A DNA stretch of 64,000 nucleotides. It comes from Bacteroidota bacterium (GTDB lineage Bacteria; Bacteroidota; Bacteroidia; Bacteroidales; WCHB1-69). The stretch covers positions 2,820 through 66,819 of the forward strand of contig JAKIZI010000005.1 of the NCBI GenBank assembly GCA_022708105.1, read 5' to 3'. The notes under the pieces are model-generated. The model searched no databases. It saw nothing but the letters and a program-made list of their open reading frames with translations, and was not told where the DNA came from. Positions 17,564-26,086 of the stretch are shown piece after piece. Every line of letters starts with the position of its first letter. The stretch's first letter is position 1. A program made the translations under genes and the position numbers.

Positions 17564-17684
17564 TATAATACTATTTCATAGTTTTTAAAATATAAACATT
17601 TGAAAATCAAATCTTTTGTTTGAACGAGAAAAATTGCAAAAAAGTTCAAAAAAGATACACTTGCATTTTATTTAAAAAAAATAA

Positions 17685-17692
17685 TACCTTTG
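17685..17692 (+). promoter_or_regulatory. putative -7 box (TAnnTTTG)
   Basis: TACCTTTG, 137 nt upstream of the ATG at 17829. Confidence 0.35.
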
Positions 17693-17828
17693 CACAATTA
17701 TTCAAGAGGATCATAGCACAAGTTTATTTATTATTATTGTTAAATTAAAGAAAATCTATTGTTAGAAAGGTATTGTTTATCTCCCTTTTCAATACTTAAT
17801 TTATTAATTCACTTAAAATTAGAATTTT

Positions 17829-18269
17829 ATGAAAAAAATGTTAATTTCCCTTTTCTGCTTAGTTTGTTTCTCTTTATCAGGATTCGGACAAATTGATCAA
17901 ATCCTCGGCCGCTGGAAAACGATTGATGATGAAGACGGAAAAGCCAAATCAATTGTCTATATTTTTAAAGCAACCAACGGAAAGTACTACGGAAAAATCG
18001 AAAAACTATTTAAAAATCCTGATGCTCTTTGTACGGAATGTTCCGGAGCCAATAAGAACAAACCCAAACTCGGCCTGCTCATTCTCAATGATATGGTGCT
18101 AAAAAACGGTTCTCTGACCGGCGGCACCATCTTAGACCCCAATAACGGGAAAGTCTATCGTTGTAATATCTCCCTTGACGCCAAAACCGGAAATCTTTCC
18201 GTACGCGGATCTTTAGATAAAGCCGGAATTCTTGGCCGTTCACAAACATGGATTCGGGTTAAGGAGTAG
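17829..18269 (+). CDS. DUF2147 domain-containing secreted protein
   Basis: 146 aa. Signal peptide. GRWKTIDDEDGKAKSIVYIF...GKYYGKIEKL...C..C...NKNKP..GL.IL..M...G.ILDP.NGKVYRC pattern of DUF2147. Confidence 0.75.
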   Translation: MKKMLISLFCLVCFSLSGFGQIDQILGRWKTIDDEDGKAKSIVYIFKATNGKYYGKIEKLFKNPDALCTECSGANKNKPKLGLLILNDMVLKNGSLTGGTILDPNNGKVYRCNISLDAKTGNLSVRGSLDKAGILGRSQTWIRVKE

Positions 18270-18406
18270 TTTTTTTATATAAACTCTTTTTTATTTTCAG
18301 CACTTTTATTTTTATTTCATTAATTATCATTGTTTTATATGAAATAAAAGTAAAATAATGGATGATTCTTTTCACATTATCTAAAGAGTTATCCAAAAAA
18401 ATGATG

Positions 18407-18414
18407 TAAATTTG
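18407..18414 (+). promoter_or_regulatory. putative -7 box (TAnnTTTG)
   Basis: TAAATTTG, 27 nt upstream of the ATG at 18441. Confidence 0.45.
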
Positions 18415-18440
18415 CAAAAAAATTCAAGAAGCTATTGCGG

Positions 18441-20234
18441 ATGAAGGCCCAACGAAACTTAATTCCCTTGATTAAACCCTACATAGGGAAATTATTGTTG
18501 GTTGTTCTGATTAATATTGCGGCTGTTTTCTTTTCCATTCTTACGTTTATGTTGATAGAACCTTTTGTAAAACTGATATTTACAGGAGAATCCTCAGGCT
18601 TATCTATGATCGGGGCATGGTTGATCCGACAAGTTTCACGTATTATGGACATATCGGCTTCGTCAAGTTCTTTGCTGGGAATGACGCTTTTTGTTTTTGT
18701 ACTCTTCTTTTTTAAAAATGTATTCTTCTTCCTTGCTCAAGTGGTAATGGCTCCGGTCAAGAGTGATTTTGTGAGACAGATACGCAATAAAATGTACGAT
18801 AAGGTGCTAATATTACCCATCTCTTTTTTCAGTGACCAAAAAAAAGGGGACGTCATCTCAAGAGCAGTAAATGATACACAGGAAATTGAGTTTACCGTAT
18901 TAAAAGCACTCCAACAACTTCTTACCGATCCGATTACAATTCTCTTTTATTTGATTACTTTAGGATTTTTACATTTTAAACTTACTATTTTCGTTTTGGT
19001 ATTGTTGCCACCCGCCGTTTTTTTTATCGGAAGAATTACGAAATCTCTGAGAGGAAAATCATTAGAGGCTAAAAATAAATTGGGAATTCTGCTGGCTCAT
19101 GTTGAAGAGACTATTTTAGGATTACGAATCATAAAAGGATTTAACGCTCAAGATCATGCAAATGAGGTTTTTGCGACTCACAACCGCGAATTTTCTCATT
19201 TGCAACAACGGATTCATCGACGCGCCGACCTTGCCTCGCCATTAAGTGAATTTCTTGGCGTGACTGTCGTGATGATTATCCTCGTGGTGGGAGGGATGAT
19301 TGTGCTTAACGGTAATTCAAATTTATCCGCCGCCCTCTTTATTACCTATATCGCCCTCTTTTCCCAAATTATTAATCCTGCCAAAAATATCTCTACTGCA
19401 ATCTCTAACTACCGGAGAGGTATTTCCGCATTGGACAGAATATATGACGTGCTGGATGCCGAAGAGGTAATCGAACAAAAACCAACTGCTATTCCCGTTT
19501 CCAAATTTAACAATCTTGTCGAATTTAAAGATGTGAGCTTTGCCTACCGACAAGTTCCGGTATTACAAAATATCAATTGCACCATCCCGAAAGGAGCATT
19601 AGTGGCATTAGTGGGACAATCAGGTTCCGGAAAATCCACCTTAGTTGATCTACTTCCCCGTTTCTATGATGTCTCATCCGGTGAAATAATGATTGACGGC
19701 GTTAATATTCAAGATTTTATTATTGATGATTTACGCGCACTTTTTGCTATTGTTTCTCAAGATGTCATTCTCTTTAATGATACCATTTTTAATAATATCG
19801 CTTTCGGGCAATCGGGAACGACCAAAGAACAAGTCATTGAAGCAGCTAAAATTGCCAATGCGTATGATTTTATTTTGGAACTTCCTGATGGGCTGGATAC
19901 CGTCATCGGAGACCGCGGTTTATCCCTATCCGGGGGACAGCGCCAACGCATCAGCATCGCACGCGCCGTCCTTCGCAACGCTGAAATACTGATTTTGGAC
20001 GAAGCCACTTCCGCTATGGACACCGAATCAGAAAAATTGGTTCAGGATGCATTGGATAAAGTGATGAAAAATCGCACCTCCATTGTCATTGCCCACCGCC
20101 TTTCTACCATCCAATACGCCGATATAATCATGGTGATGGAAGAAGGACGTATCGTAGAACAAGGCTCCCACCAAGAACTGCTCGCTCTGAAAGGCAGATA
20201 CTGCCAATTGGTTAATATTCAATATGCTCCTTAA
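18441..20234 (+). CDS. ABC transporter permease/ATP-binding protein, MsbA-like exporter
   Basis: Six-TM N-terminal domain plus an NBD with Walker A GQSGSGKST, signature LSGGQRQR and Walker B ILILDEATS. Start set at ATG 18441 (the ORF track starts at TTG 18435). Confidence 0.88.
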   Translation: MKAQRNLIPLIKPYIGKLLLVVLINIAAVFFSILTFMLIEPFVKLIFTGESSGLSMIGAWLIRQVSRIMDISASSSSLLGMTLFVFVLFFFKNVFFFLAQVVMAPVKSDFVRQIRNKMYDKVLILPISFFSDQKKGDVISRAVNDTQEIEFTVLKALQQLLTDPITILFYLITLGFLHFKLTIFVLVLLPPAVFFIGRITKSLRGKSLEAKNKLGILLAHVEETILGLRIIKGFNAQDHANEVFATHNREFSHLQQRIHRRADLASPLSEFLGVTVVMIILVVGGMIVLNGNSNLSAALFITYIALFSQIINPAKNISTAISNYRRGISALDRIYDVLDAEEVIEQKPTAIPVSKFNNLVEFKDVSFAYRQVPVLQNINCTIPKGALVALVGQSGSGKSTLVDLLPRFYDVSSGEIMIDGVNIQDFIIDDLRALFAIVSQDVILFNDTIFNNIAFGQSGTTKEQVIEAAKIANAYDFILELPDGLDTVIGDRGLSLSGGQRQRISIARAVLRNAEILILDEATSAMDTESEKLVQDALDKVMKNRTSIVIAHRLSTIQYADIIMVMEEGRIVEQGSHQELLALKGRYCQLVNIQYAP

Positions 20235-20239
20235 TAATT

Positions 20240-20920
20240 ATGGGAAAAAATAAATTACAACGTTTTGCAGAAAACGAAACTTTTGAGAATCTGTACCAAC
20301 ATTCAAATTACGATATTCGTAACAGCATTTTCCCTCTGAAAGGAAAATGGCAGAAACAGCACTTTCACAACCAGAATCCCATCATTCTCGAAGTTGGATG
20401 CGGCAGAGGTGAATATACTGTTGCTTTGGCGCAACGTTTCCCTGATTGCAATTTTATCGGCATTGATCGTAAGGGCGCCCGAATATGGAGAGGATGCAAA
20501 GATGCACTGACCCAACAACTCCATAATGCCGCATTTATAAGGACCAAAATTGAAGATATCGAATTTTTCTTCGACACAGACGAGATTAGCGAAATATGGA
20601 TTACCTTCCCCGACCCGCAACCGCGTAAAAGCAGAAGACGATTAATCTCTCCGAACTTCGTGGAAAAATACAAGAAATTTCTAAAACCCGACGGCATCAT
20701 ACATCTTAAAACCGATAGCCGACTACTCTACGAATATACACTCGAAACCGTCCAAACCGAAAACTGGATTGTACTCGAAAATATTGAAGATGTTTACAAT
20801 CAAACCGAAAATCCTCTGTTAAAAGATATTCAAACCTTTTATGAAAAAAAATGGTTGGCAGAAGCATCTTTAATCTCTTATCTAAAGATTCGCATTCCCC
20901 AACCATCTATTCTCTTATAA
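20240..20920 (+). CDS. trmB: tRNA (guanine46-N7)-methyltransferase
   Basis: 226 aa. LEVGCGRGEYTVALA SAM motif, FPDPQPRK, and HLKTDS blocks typical of TrmB. Confidence 0.9.
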   Translation: MGKNKLQRFAENETFENLYQHSNYDIRNSIFPLKGKWQKQHFHNQNPIILEVGCGRGEYTVALAQRFPDCNFIGIDRKGARIWRGCKDALTQQLHNAAFIRTKIEDIEFFFDTDEISEIWITFPDPQPRKSRRRLISPNFVEKYKKFLKPDGIIHLKTDSRLLYEYTLETVQTENWIVLENIEDVYNQTENPLLKDIQTFYEKKWLAEASLISYLKIRIPQPSILL

Positions 20921-20928
20921 TATTCTTT

Positions 20929-22374
20929 TTAATCCGGAATATTTTTAAAAAAAAGATCTCTCGAATCGTCGTCAATATTTATATAACTTTGATTCTGAAT
21001 TAAAGTTTCGGTTTGTGTATTTTTTTGCGTTTGGATTTCTCTCAAAACAGAAGGCTGTGTGTATAAATTCTCAAAAACAGTAGGATTCTCAAATCCCATG
21101 TTGTTTCCATCTTTAATACACTCAGGATTTCCATTGCGGTGACTCGAATCTGAATTACCAAAATTTGCTGTTCTCGGATTCTGGGTTGTTGCAAAAGAAT
21201 TTTCCGAATTATTTGGTTCCGGCCATGAATATCCTTTCGGGAATATTCCTGAATCTCCTTGTCTTGAAGGAGATACCGAATCAGAAAACATATCGTCAAA
21301 TGGATTCTTAGGCTTTGTCTGTACCGTGGGCGTAGGATTATTAATCGGTACGTTTATCTCTATCGGAACTTCGTTAGTTTTCTTAACTTTTTGTTCATCC
21401 TGTGTTCTGAAATTAGTGATAATAACAGATAATTTCACTGCTGAACCAAGAGATTCATCTTCTGCACGTCCCCAAATAACCGTAGCATCCCGATTTTTAA
21501 TCTCATCAAATTTCTGCGTAAGCATATCCAATTCTGAAATGAGCAACTCTTTTTCACTTCCGTAAGTAATAAAGAAAAGAAAATTCTTCGCATTGGTAAT
21601 CAAATCCCCATCATTGAGCAATGGTGAAGACAAGGCTCTGTCAACAACTTCCGAAATTCTGTTTTCTCCTTCCGCAACCGCATGCCCCAACATGGCTTCT
21701 CCACTATTCGTCATTATGGTGGCAATATCATTAAAGTCAACATTCTGATGGGCATGGACAGTAATAAGTTCTGCAATACACTTTACTGCATTTTTAAGCA
21801 CATCATCAGCATAGCCGAAAGCGGTCTTGATCGAAGCATCACTATAATACTTCATAATATTCTGATTTTTAATAATCAGCAAAGAATCCACATGTTTCCT
21901 TAATTCTTCAATCCCTTTTTGTGCTAAATCTGCTCTCACCATACCTTCAAAACCAAAAGGATAAGTAACTACTGCTATAGTAAGAATTCCCATTTCCTTG
22001 GCAATTTCAGCTACTACAGGGGCTGCTCCGGTACCTGTTCCTTTTCCCATTCCGGCTGTAATAAAAAGCATCTTTGTTTCTTCCCCTATAAAGGAACGTA
22101 TCCGATCTCTACTGCTTAACGCTAATTCTCGTGCAACCTCAGGATTTGCCCCTGCCCCTAATCCGGTGTCTCCTAATACCAATTTGGACGAAACCCGATT
22201 ATTATCCAATGCTTGCCTGTCTGTGTTACATACCAAAAAATCCACACCGACAATACCTTCACTGTACATGTGCATTACCGCATTTCCACCGCCACCGCCA
22301 ACTCCGATGACCTTGATTATGGAACTATTTTCTTTTGTACCATAATTGGGGGTAAAATCTATTTTATCTCTCAT
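20929..22374 (-). CDS. ftsZ: cell division protein FtsZ
   Basis: IKVIGVGGGGGNAV and ITAGMGKGTGTGAAPVVA tubulin signature motifs, with a long disordered C-terminal linker. Confidence 0.97.
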   Translation of the reverse strand: MRDKIDFTPNYGTKENSSIIKVIGVGGGGGNAVMHMYSEGIVGVDFLVCNTDRQALDNNRVSSKLVLGDTGLGAGANPEVARELALSSRDRIRSFIGEETKMLFITAGMGKGTGTGAAPVVAEIAKEMGILTIAVVTYPFGFEGMVRADLAQKGIEELRKHVDSLLIIKNQNIMKYYSDASIKTAFGYADDVLKNAVKCIAELITVHAHQNVDFNDIATIMTNSGEAMLGHAVAEGENRISEVVDRALSSPLLNDGDLITNAKNFLFFITYGSEKELLISELDMLTQKFDEIKNRDATVIWGRAEDESLGSAVKLSVIITNFRTQDEQKVKKTNEVPIEINVPINNPTPTVQTKPKNPFDDMFSDSVSPSRQGDSGIFPKGYSWPEPNNSENSFATTQNPRTANFGNSDSSHRNGNPECIKDGNNMGFENPTVFENLYTQPSVLREIQTQKNTQTETLIQNQSYINIDDDSRDLFFKNIPD

Positions 22375-22429
22375 GATTTTTGATTTTATATATATTACTT
22401 TTTTGATTATTCAATGGATAAATACCTAT

Positions 22430-23737
22430 CTATTCAGTAGTTTCTAACATCTTGTAGAAGAATGACTGAATCTTCTTAAAAATTCCGTTTTCCGGATTTC
22501 CTTCATACTTTTCCGGTTTTACAGTGACAACAGGGGAGCTCTTAGGCTGAGTACTTTTATTTTCCATGATGCCATATTTCAGCAATCCCAACGCAGTTGC
22601 ATACATAGGATTATTTAATTCGCTTGGCATGGATTTATTAAACCCGATATCCGGCTTCCCGATACGGGCAGGCATCACTAAAGAGTATTGAAAGAGTTCC
22701 TTCAGATGATTCAACATGGCACCACCTCCCGTCAATACAATCCCTGCATTGATATTGGATGCATAATTCGAATCCGCAATCACTTTCTTCACCGGATTGA
22801 CAATAGATTCTACTACACGTGCATTGATAATTTTCGCCAAATAAGGTTCACTGATTTGTGAAGGTTTTGTTTCATGAAAACTTGGAATGGTAATCGTGTT
22901 GTTTTTATCGCTCCGCTCCTCAATACAAGTTCCGTATTTCTTTTTCAAACTCTCTGCCAACTCTTCCGTAATCCTACACACATGGGCAATGTCCTTCGTA
23001 ATCACATTCCCACCAAACGGAATTACCTCCGAATATACGGGATTTCCATTATAAAAAATCGCAACATCAGTAGTTCCGCCACCAATATCAATCAGCACTA
23101 CACCTTGTTTTTTTTCTTCATCCCGCAAACAAGACAACCCTGAAGCAATCGGTTCCAAAATGATATCCGTAACGTTCAATTGAGCATCATTCACACACTT
23201 CACAATCTTTTTTATCTCATTTTCATTCCCGGTAATTACTTGAAAATAACCTACAATTAACTCTCCCATTTCCCCTACCGGCTCATTGGTTTCCCGCTCC
23301 CCATCTATGATGAAACGCTGTGGAATTACTGTAATAATTTTTTCTCCTACCGGCAATAAAATATTCTCAACATCATGAACCATTTGGTCTATTTCCTCTT
23401 GCTCAATGACCGTATCTTTACCATTAATACGCTGAATCTCGTGCTTATACTCTTTATTCTTGATGTGGCGTCCGGCAATCCCTGCATAAACCTCGTCTAT
23501 CTGCTGTCCGGAACGATCATGCGCCATTGTCACCGATTGCTCTACTCCATGTACCGTCTTGTTTATGTTGAAGATTAACCCATGCTGAACCCCTGTAGAT
23601 TCTGCTTTTCCATATCCTAATACCTCAATTCGCCCCTCTTCATTCTTATAACCGACAATAGTGGCAATCTTTGTCGTCCCAATATCTAATCCGACAATAA
23701 TGTCAGGATTTGTGAATTCCTTTCGCACTTTTTTCAT
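22430..23737 (-). CDS. ftsA: cell division protein FtsA
   Basis: 435 aa. Actin-like ATPase motifs VGLDIGTTKI, DIGGGTTDVAI and VLTGGGAML. Sits between ftsQ and ftsZ. Confidence 0.95.
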   Translation of the reverse strand: MKKVRKEFTNPDIIVGLDIGTTKIATIVGYKNEEGRIEVLGYGKAESTGVQHGLIFNINKTVHGVEQSVTMAHDRSGQQIDEVYAGIAGRHIKNKEYKHEIQRINGKDTVIEQEEIDQMVHDVENILLPVGEKIITVIPQRFIIDGERETNEPVGEMGELIVGYFQVITGNENEIKKIVKCVNDAQLNVTDIILEPIASGLSCLRDEEKKQGVVLIDIGGGTTDVAIFYNGNPVYSEVIPFGGNVITKDIAHVCRITEELAESLKKKYGTCIEERSDKNNTITIPSFHETKPSQISEPYLAKIINARVVESIVNPVKKVIADSNYASNINAGIVLTGGGAMLNHLKELFQYSLVMPARIGKPDIGFNKSMPSELNNPMYATALGLLKYGIMENKSTQPKSSPVVTVKPEKYEGNPENGIFKKIQSFFYKMLETTE

Positions 23738-23754
23738 ATCTAATTCGCTTGTAT

Positions 23755-24522
23755 TTAGTTAATCCTCTTTTTGGCAATAATTCTATTTTTATATCTTAAA
23801 TCTAATAATGTATATTTGTCCGGATTCATATAAACTAATCCCTGACGATAAGCCTCTGTCAATTGAAAAAGTTTTTCTGCAGCATTATTTTCCTTCTCTA
23901 ATAAAATAATTTGACTCCCAACTGTCGGAATCAACTCTATATCATCTTCCTGATTGACATACAATTGTTTATACTGTGCTCTATAAAAATCACTCGTATC
24001 TATTGTCTTCGCAATATCATACAACGCTACCAGCATCGAGTCAGTATTTTTGACCAATGCTCCCGCACGATAGCCCGCCTGCAAGTATCCATTCGCAATT
24101 AATAACCGTTCTTGCACATTATGGTTATACGGAAGCAAAAAACCCTCTTGGTCAACAAAATACTGCTGTCCCACCATCGGATATACATGCAATAACAACT
24201 TTCGCAACTCAATGTCTATGATAAGTTTCTGCCCTGAAAAACGAATAGGATTGATTTGCTTGATGTAGGGATGAGCTTTCAACTTCTCGAAAATTGCTTT
24301 TTGGTCAACATCTTTCAACTCCTCCCCGACAATCTTAATCTTATTTTTCTTTAATATAGCCAGCACCTCCTCCTGCGTAACCGTCAATCCCTTCATCTCC
24401 GAATGAATCATGATCTCAATTTTCTCACACTTCCTATGCTGCATCTTCACTACTGCAATAACAACAACAACGATTGCAAATAGTGATAAGAAAATAAGAA
24501 GCAGTAGTTTTACTATTTTCAT
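23755..24522 (-). CDS. ftsQ: cell division protein FtsQ
   Basis: 255 aa. Single N-terminal TM helix, POTRA-like region, and position immediately upstream of ftsA. Confidence 0.8.
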   Translation of the reverse strand: MKIVKLLLLIFLSLFAIVVVVIAVVKMQHRKCEKIEIMIHSEMKGLTVTQEEVLAILKKNKIKIVGEELKDVDQKAIFEKLKAHPYIKQINPIRFSGQKLIIDIELRKLLLHVYPMVGQQYFVDQEGFLLPYNHNVQERLLIANGYLQAGYRAGALVKNTDSMLVALYDIAKTIDTSDFYRAQYKQLYVNQEDDIELIPTVGSQIILLEKENNAAEKLFQLTEAYRQGLVYMNPDKYTLLDLRYKNRIIAKKRIN

Positions 24523-24605
24523 GAAAATAACTCGGAAATAATGGAATAATCAGGTTCTATAGATAGATGTATTTTAATGATTTAACTTTTTTTTACGATA
24601 GTTGA

Positions 24606-24613
24606 CAAAGATA
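24606..24613 (-). promoter_or_regulatory. putative -7 box (TAnnTTTG) for ftsQAZ
   Basis: Plus-strand CAAAGATA equals TATCTTTG on the minus strand, 84 nt upstream of the ftsQ ATG. Confidence 0.4.
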
Positions 24614-24762
24614 TTGGATTTTTTACATTCATACAAGGATTTTGTTACATGAATAATGAACAACTTAATGTTAATTTCTGACAAATTAAATGAGAATAGA
24701 TGCACTTTTAAACATGACAAAAATTGACACTTTTTTACCTCCACCCCTCTGTTGAAAATCCT

Positions 24763-25341
24763 CTATTTTTGGTAAAAATTCATTTTGTCAATATGCTCGC
24801 CAACCGCTTGGGGCAAGTAATAACGAACCATTCGCCGGGCTTTAATCGACTCCCGAATGAAGGTAGCCGAAATCTCTATCTGAGGCGCTTGCGTGAATAT
24901 GACGGAAGGATGATTCCGATATTGGGTGTTTTCTTTCCCAACACGAGGATATACATATATCGGATAATTGGCTAAAATAAACTCAAAATTTTTCCATTTT
25001 TCAATGTTGGCCAAATTGTCCTCGCCCATGATGAGCGCAAACTCTTTCTGCGGATAAAGCTCTGCCAACTTGACTAACGTATGGCTGGTATAGGAAGGAT
25101 ATGGCAACTTAAACTCCACATCAGATGCCCGAAAACGAGAATCCTCCTCTATGGCCAATTTGACCATGTACAACCGATGATGCGCATCCAACAGATTCTC
25201 CCGCTTTTTTAACGGATTATTCGGCGAAACAACAAACCAAACCTCCTTTAAATCAGTATTCTCCGCCATATATTCCGCAATCATCAAATGACCGATGTGT
25301 ATGGGATTGAACGACCCAAAAAATAACCCTATCCTGGCCAT
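24763..25341 (-). CDS. nadD: nicotinate-nucleotide adenylyltransferase
   Basis: 192 aa. GLFFGSFNPIHIGHL (HxGH nucleotidyltransferase motif) and ISATFIR (ISST-like motif). Confidence 0.9.
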   Translation of the reverse strand: MARIGLFFGSFNPIHIGHLMIAEYMAENTDLKEVWFVVSPNNPLKKRENLLDAHHRLYMVKLAIEEDSRFRASDVEFKLPYPSYTSHTLVKLAELYPQKEFALIMGEDNLANIEKWKNFEFILANYPIYVYPRVGKENTQYRNHPSVIFTQAPQIEISATFIRESIKARRMVRYYLPQAVGEHIDKMNFYQK

Positions 25342-25345
25342 AATA

Positions 25346-25912
25346 TTACAGGTTTAAAAATTGTTTTACCAATGCTTCCGTTTCCTGTTGTGCTGTCTTT
25401 AAACAATCATTCACAATAACTTTGTCGAATTCGTGCTCAAAAGAAAGTTCATACTCCGCTTTGGCCATCCGCTTTTCCAATGAAGCACTGTCTTCGGTGC
25501 CACGGCAACATAAACGCTCTTTCAAAACCTCTTTATGCGGCGGCTTCACAAATATAGCCATCGCCCGCGCTCCGTATTCCTTTTTGATATTCAAACCACC
25601 CACCACATCTACATCAAACAAAACATGCTTCCCGGTACTCCAAATCCTCTCTATTTCCGACTTTAACGAACCATAATACTGGTCCTTGTAAACCTCTTGC
25701 CATTCCAAAAAATCCCCGGCCTGAATTTTACTTTTGAACTCTTCTGCCGTGATGAAATAGTAATCCTTCGCATCCGTTTCACTCTCCCGCTTCGGCCTAC
25801 TCGTAGCAGATACCGAAAATGCCAACGGAAGCCCCGTCGCTAATAAATGCCTTACAATTGACGTTTTACCCGCACCGGACGGCGCAGAAATGATAATTAC
25901 TTTTCCTTCCAT
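25346..25912 (-). CDS. gmk: guanylate kinase
   Basis: MEGKVIIISAPSGAGKTS P-loop, and SATSRPKRESE. Start set at ATG 25912 because the TTG at 25939 lies beside the -7 box. Confidence 0.92.
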   Translation of the reverse strand: MEGKVIIISAPSGAGKTSIVRHLLATGLPLAFSVSATSRPKRESETDAKDYYFITAEEFKSKIQAGDFLEWQEVYKDQYYGSLKSEIERIWSTGKHVLFDVDVVGGLNIKKEYGARAMAIFVKPPHKEVLKERLCCRGTEDSASLEKRMAKAEYELSFEHEFDKVIVNDCLKTAQQETEALVKQFLNL

Positions 25913-25943
25913 ATCTAAGTCTTGATTGAAATGTTTCAAAAAG

Positions 25944-25951
25944 CAAAAATA
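25944..25951 (-). promoter_or_regulatory. putative -7 box (TAnnTTTG) for gmk-nadD
   Basis: Plus-strand CAAAAATA equals TATTTTTG on the minus strand, 32 nt upstream of the ATG at 25912. Confidence 0.4.
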
Positions 25952-26009
25952 CGATTTTTATATCGTTCTTGTCTTTTATTTTTAAGGTATTTATTTTTTT
26001 TATTTTTAT

Positions 26010-26035
26010 GGGGGGTCGGCTGCGCCGTCGGTCTC
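26010..26035. repeat. GC-rich repeat fragment (same family as 52529.. and 61017..)
   Basis: A T-rich run is followed by GGGGGGTCGGCTGCGCCGTCGGTCTC. Compare TTTTTTGGGCGTATCGGCTTCGGATGGC (52.5 kb) and TATGGGCGTGCCGGCTTCGCCGCCGGCG (61.0 kb). Confidence 0.4.
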
Positions 26036-26049
26036 ATAATTTATTTTTG

Positions 26050-26057
26050 TACTTTTG
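26050..26057 (+). promoter_or_regulatory. putative -7 box (TAnnTTTG)
   Basis: TACTTTTG, 30 nt upstream of the ATG at 26087. Confidence 0.45.
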
Positions 26058-26086
26058 GCAAATCATTATCCTAATATGTATCATTT

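Noticed and set aside
6869-17767. 11-bp direct repeat TATTGTTAGAA (6869..6879 and 17757..17767) as att sites flanking the defence island
   Set aside because: An 11-mer match between two AT-rich spacers of about 400-600 bp each is not clearly above chance. No integrase is present. Empty-site comparisons are needed before any claim.
20929-24522. ftsQAZ separated from mur/ftsW genes (a split dcw cluster) as a notable rearrangement
   Set aside because: The observation is real: the upstream neighbours are nadD and gmk, and the SEDS gene is 33 kb away. But fragmented dcw clusters are common, and nothing else here suggests a special mechanism.
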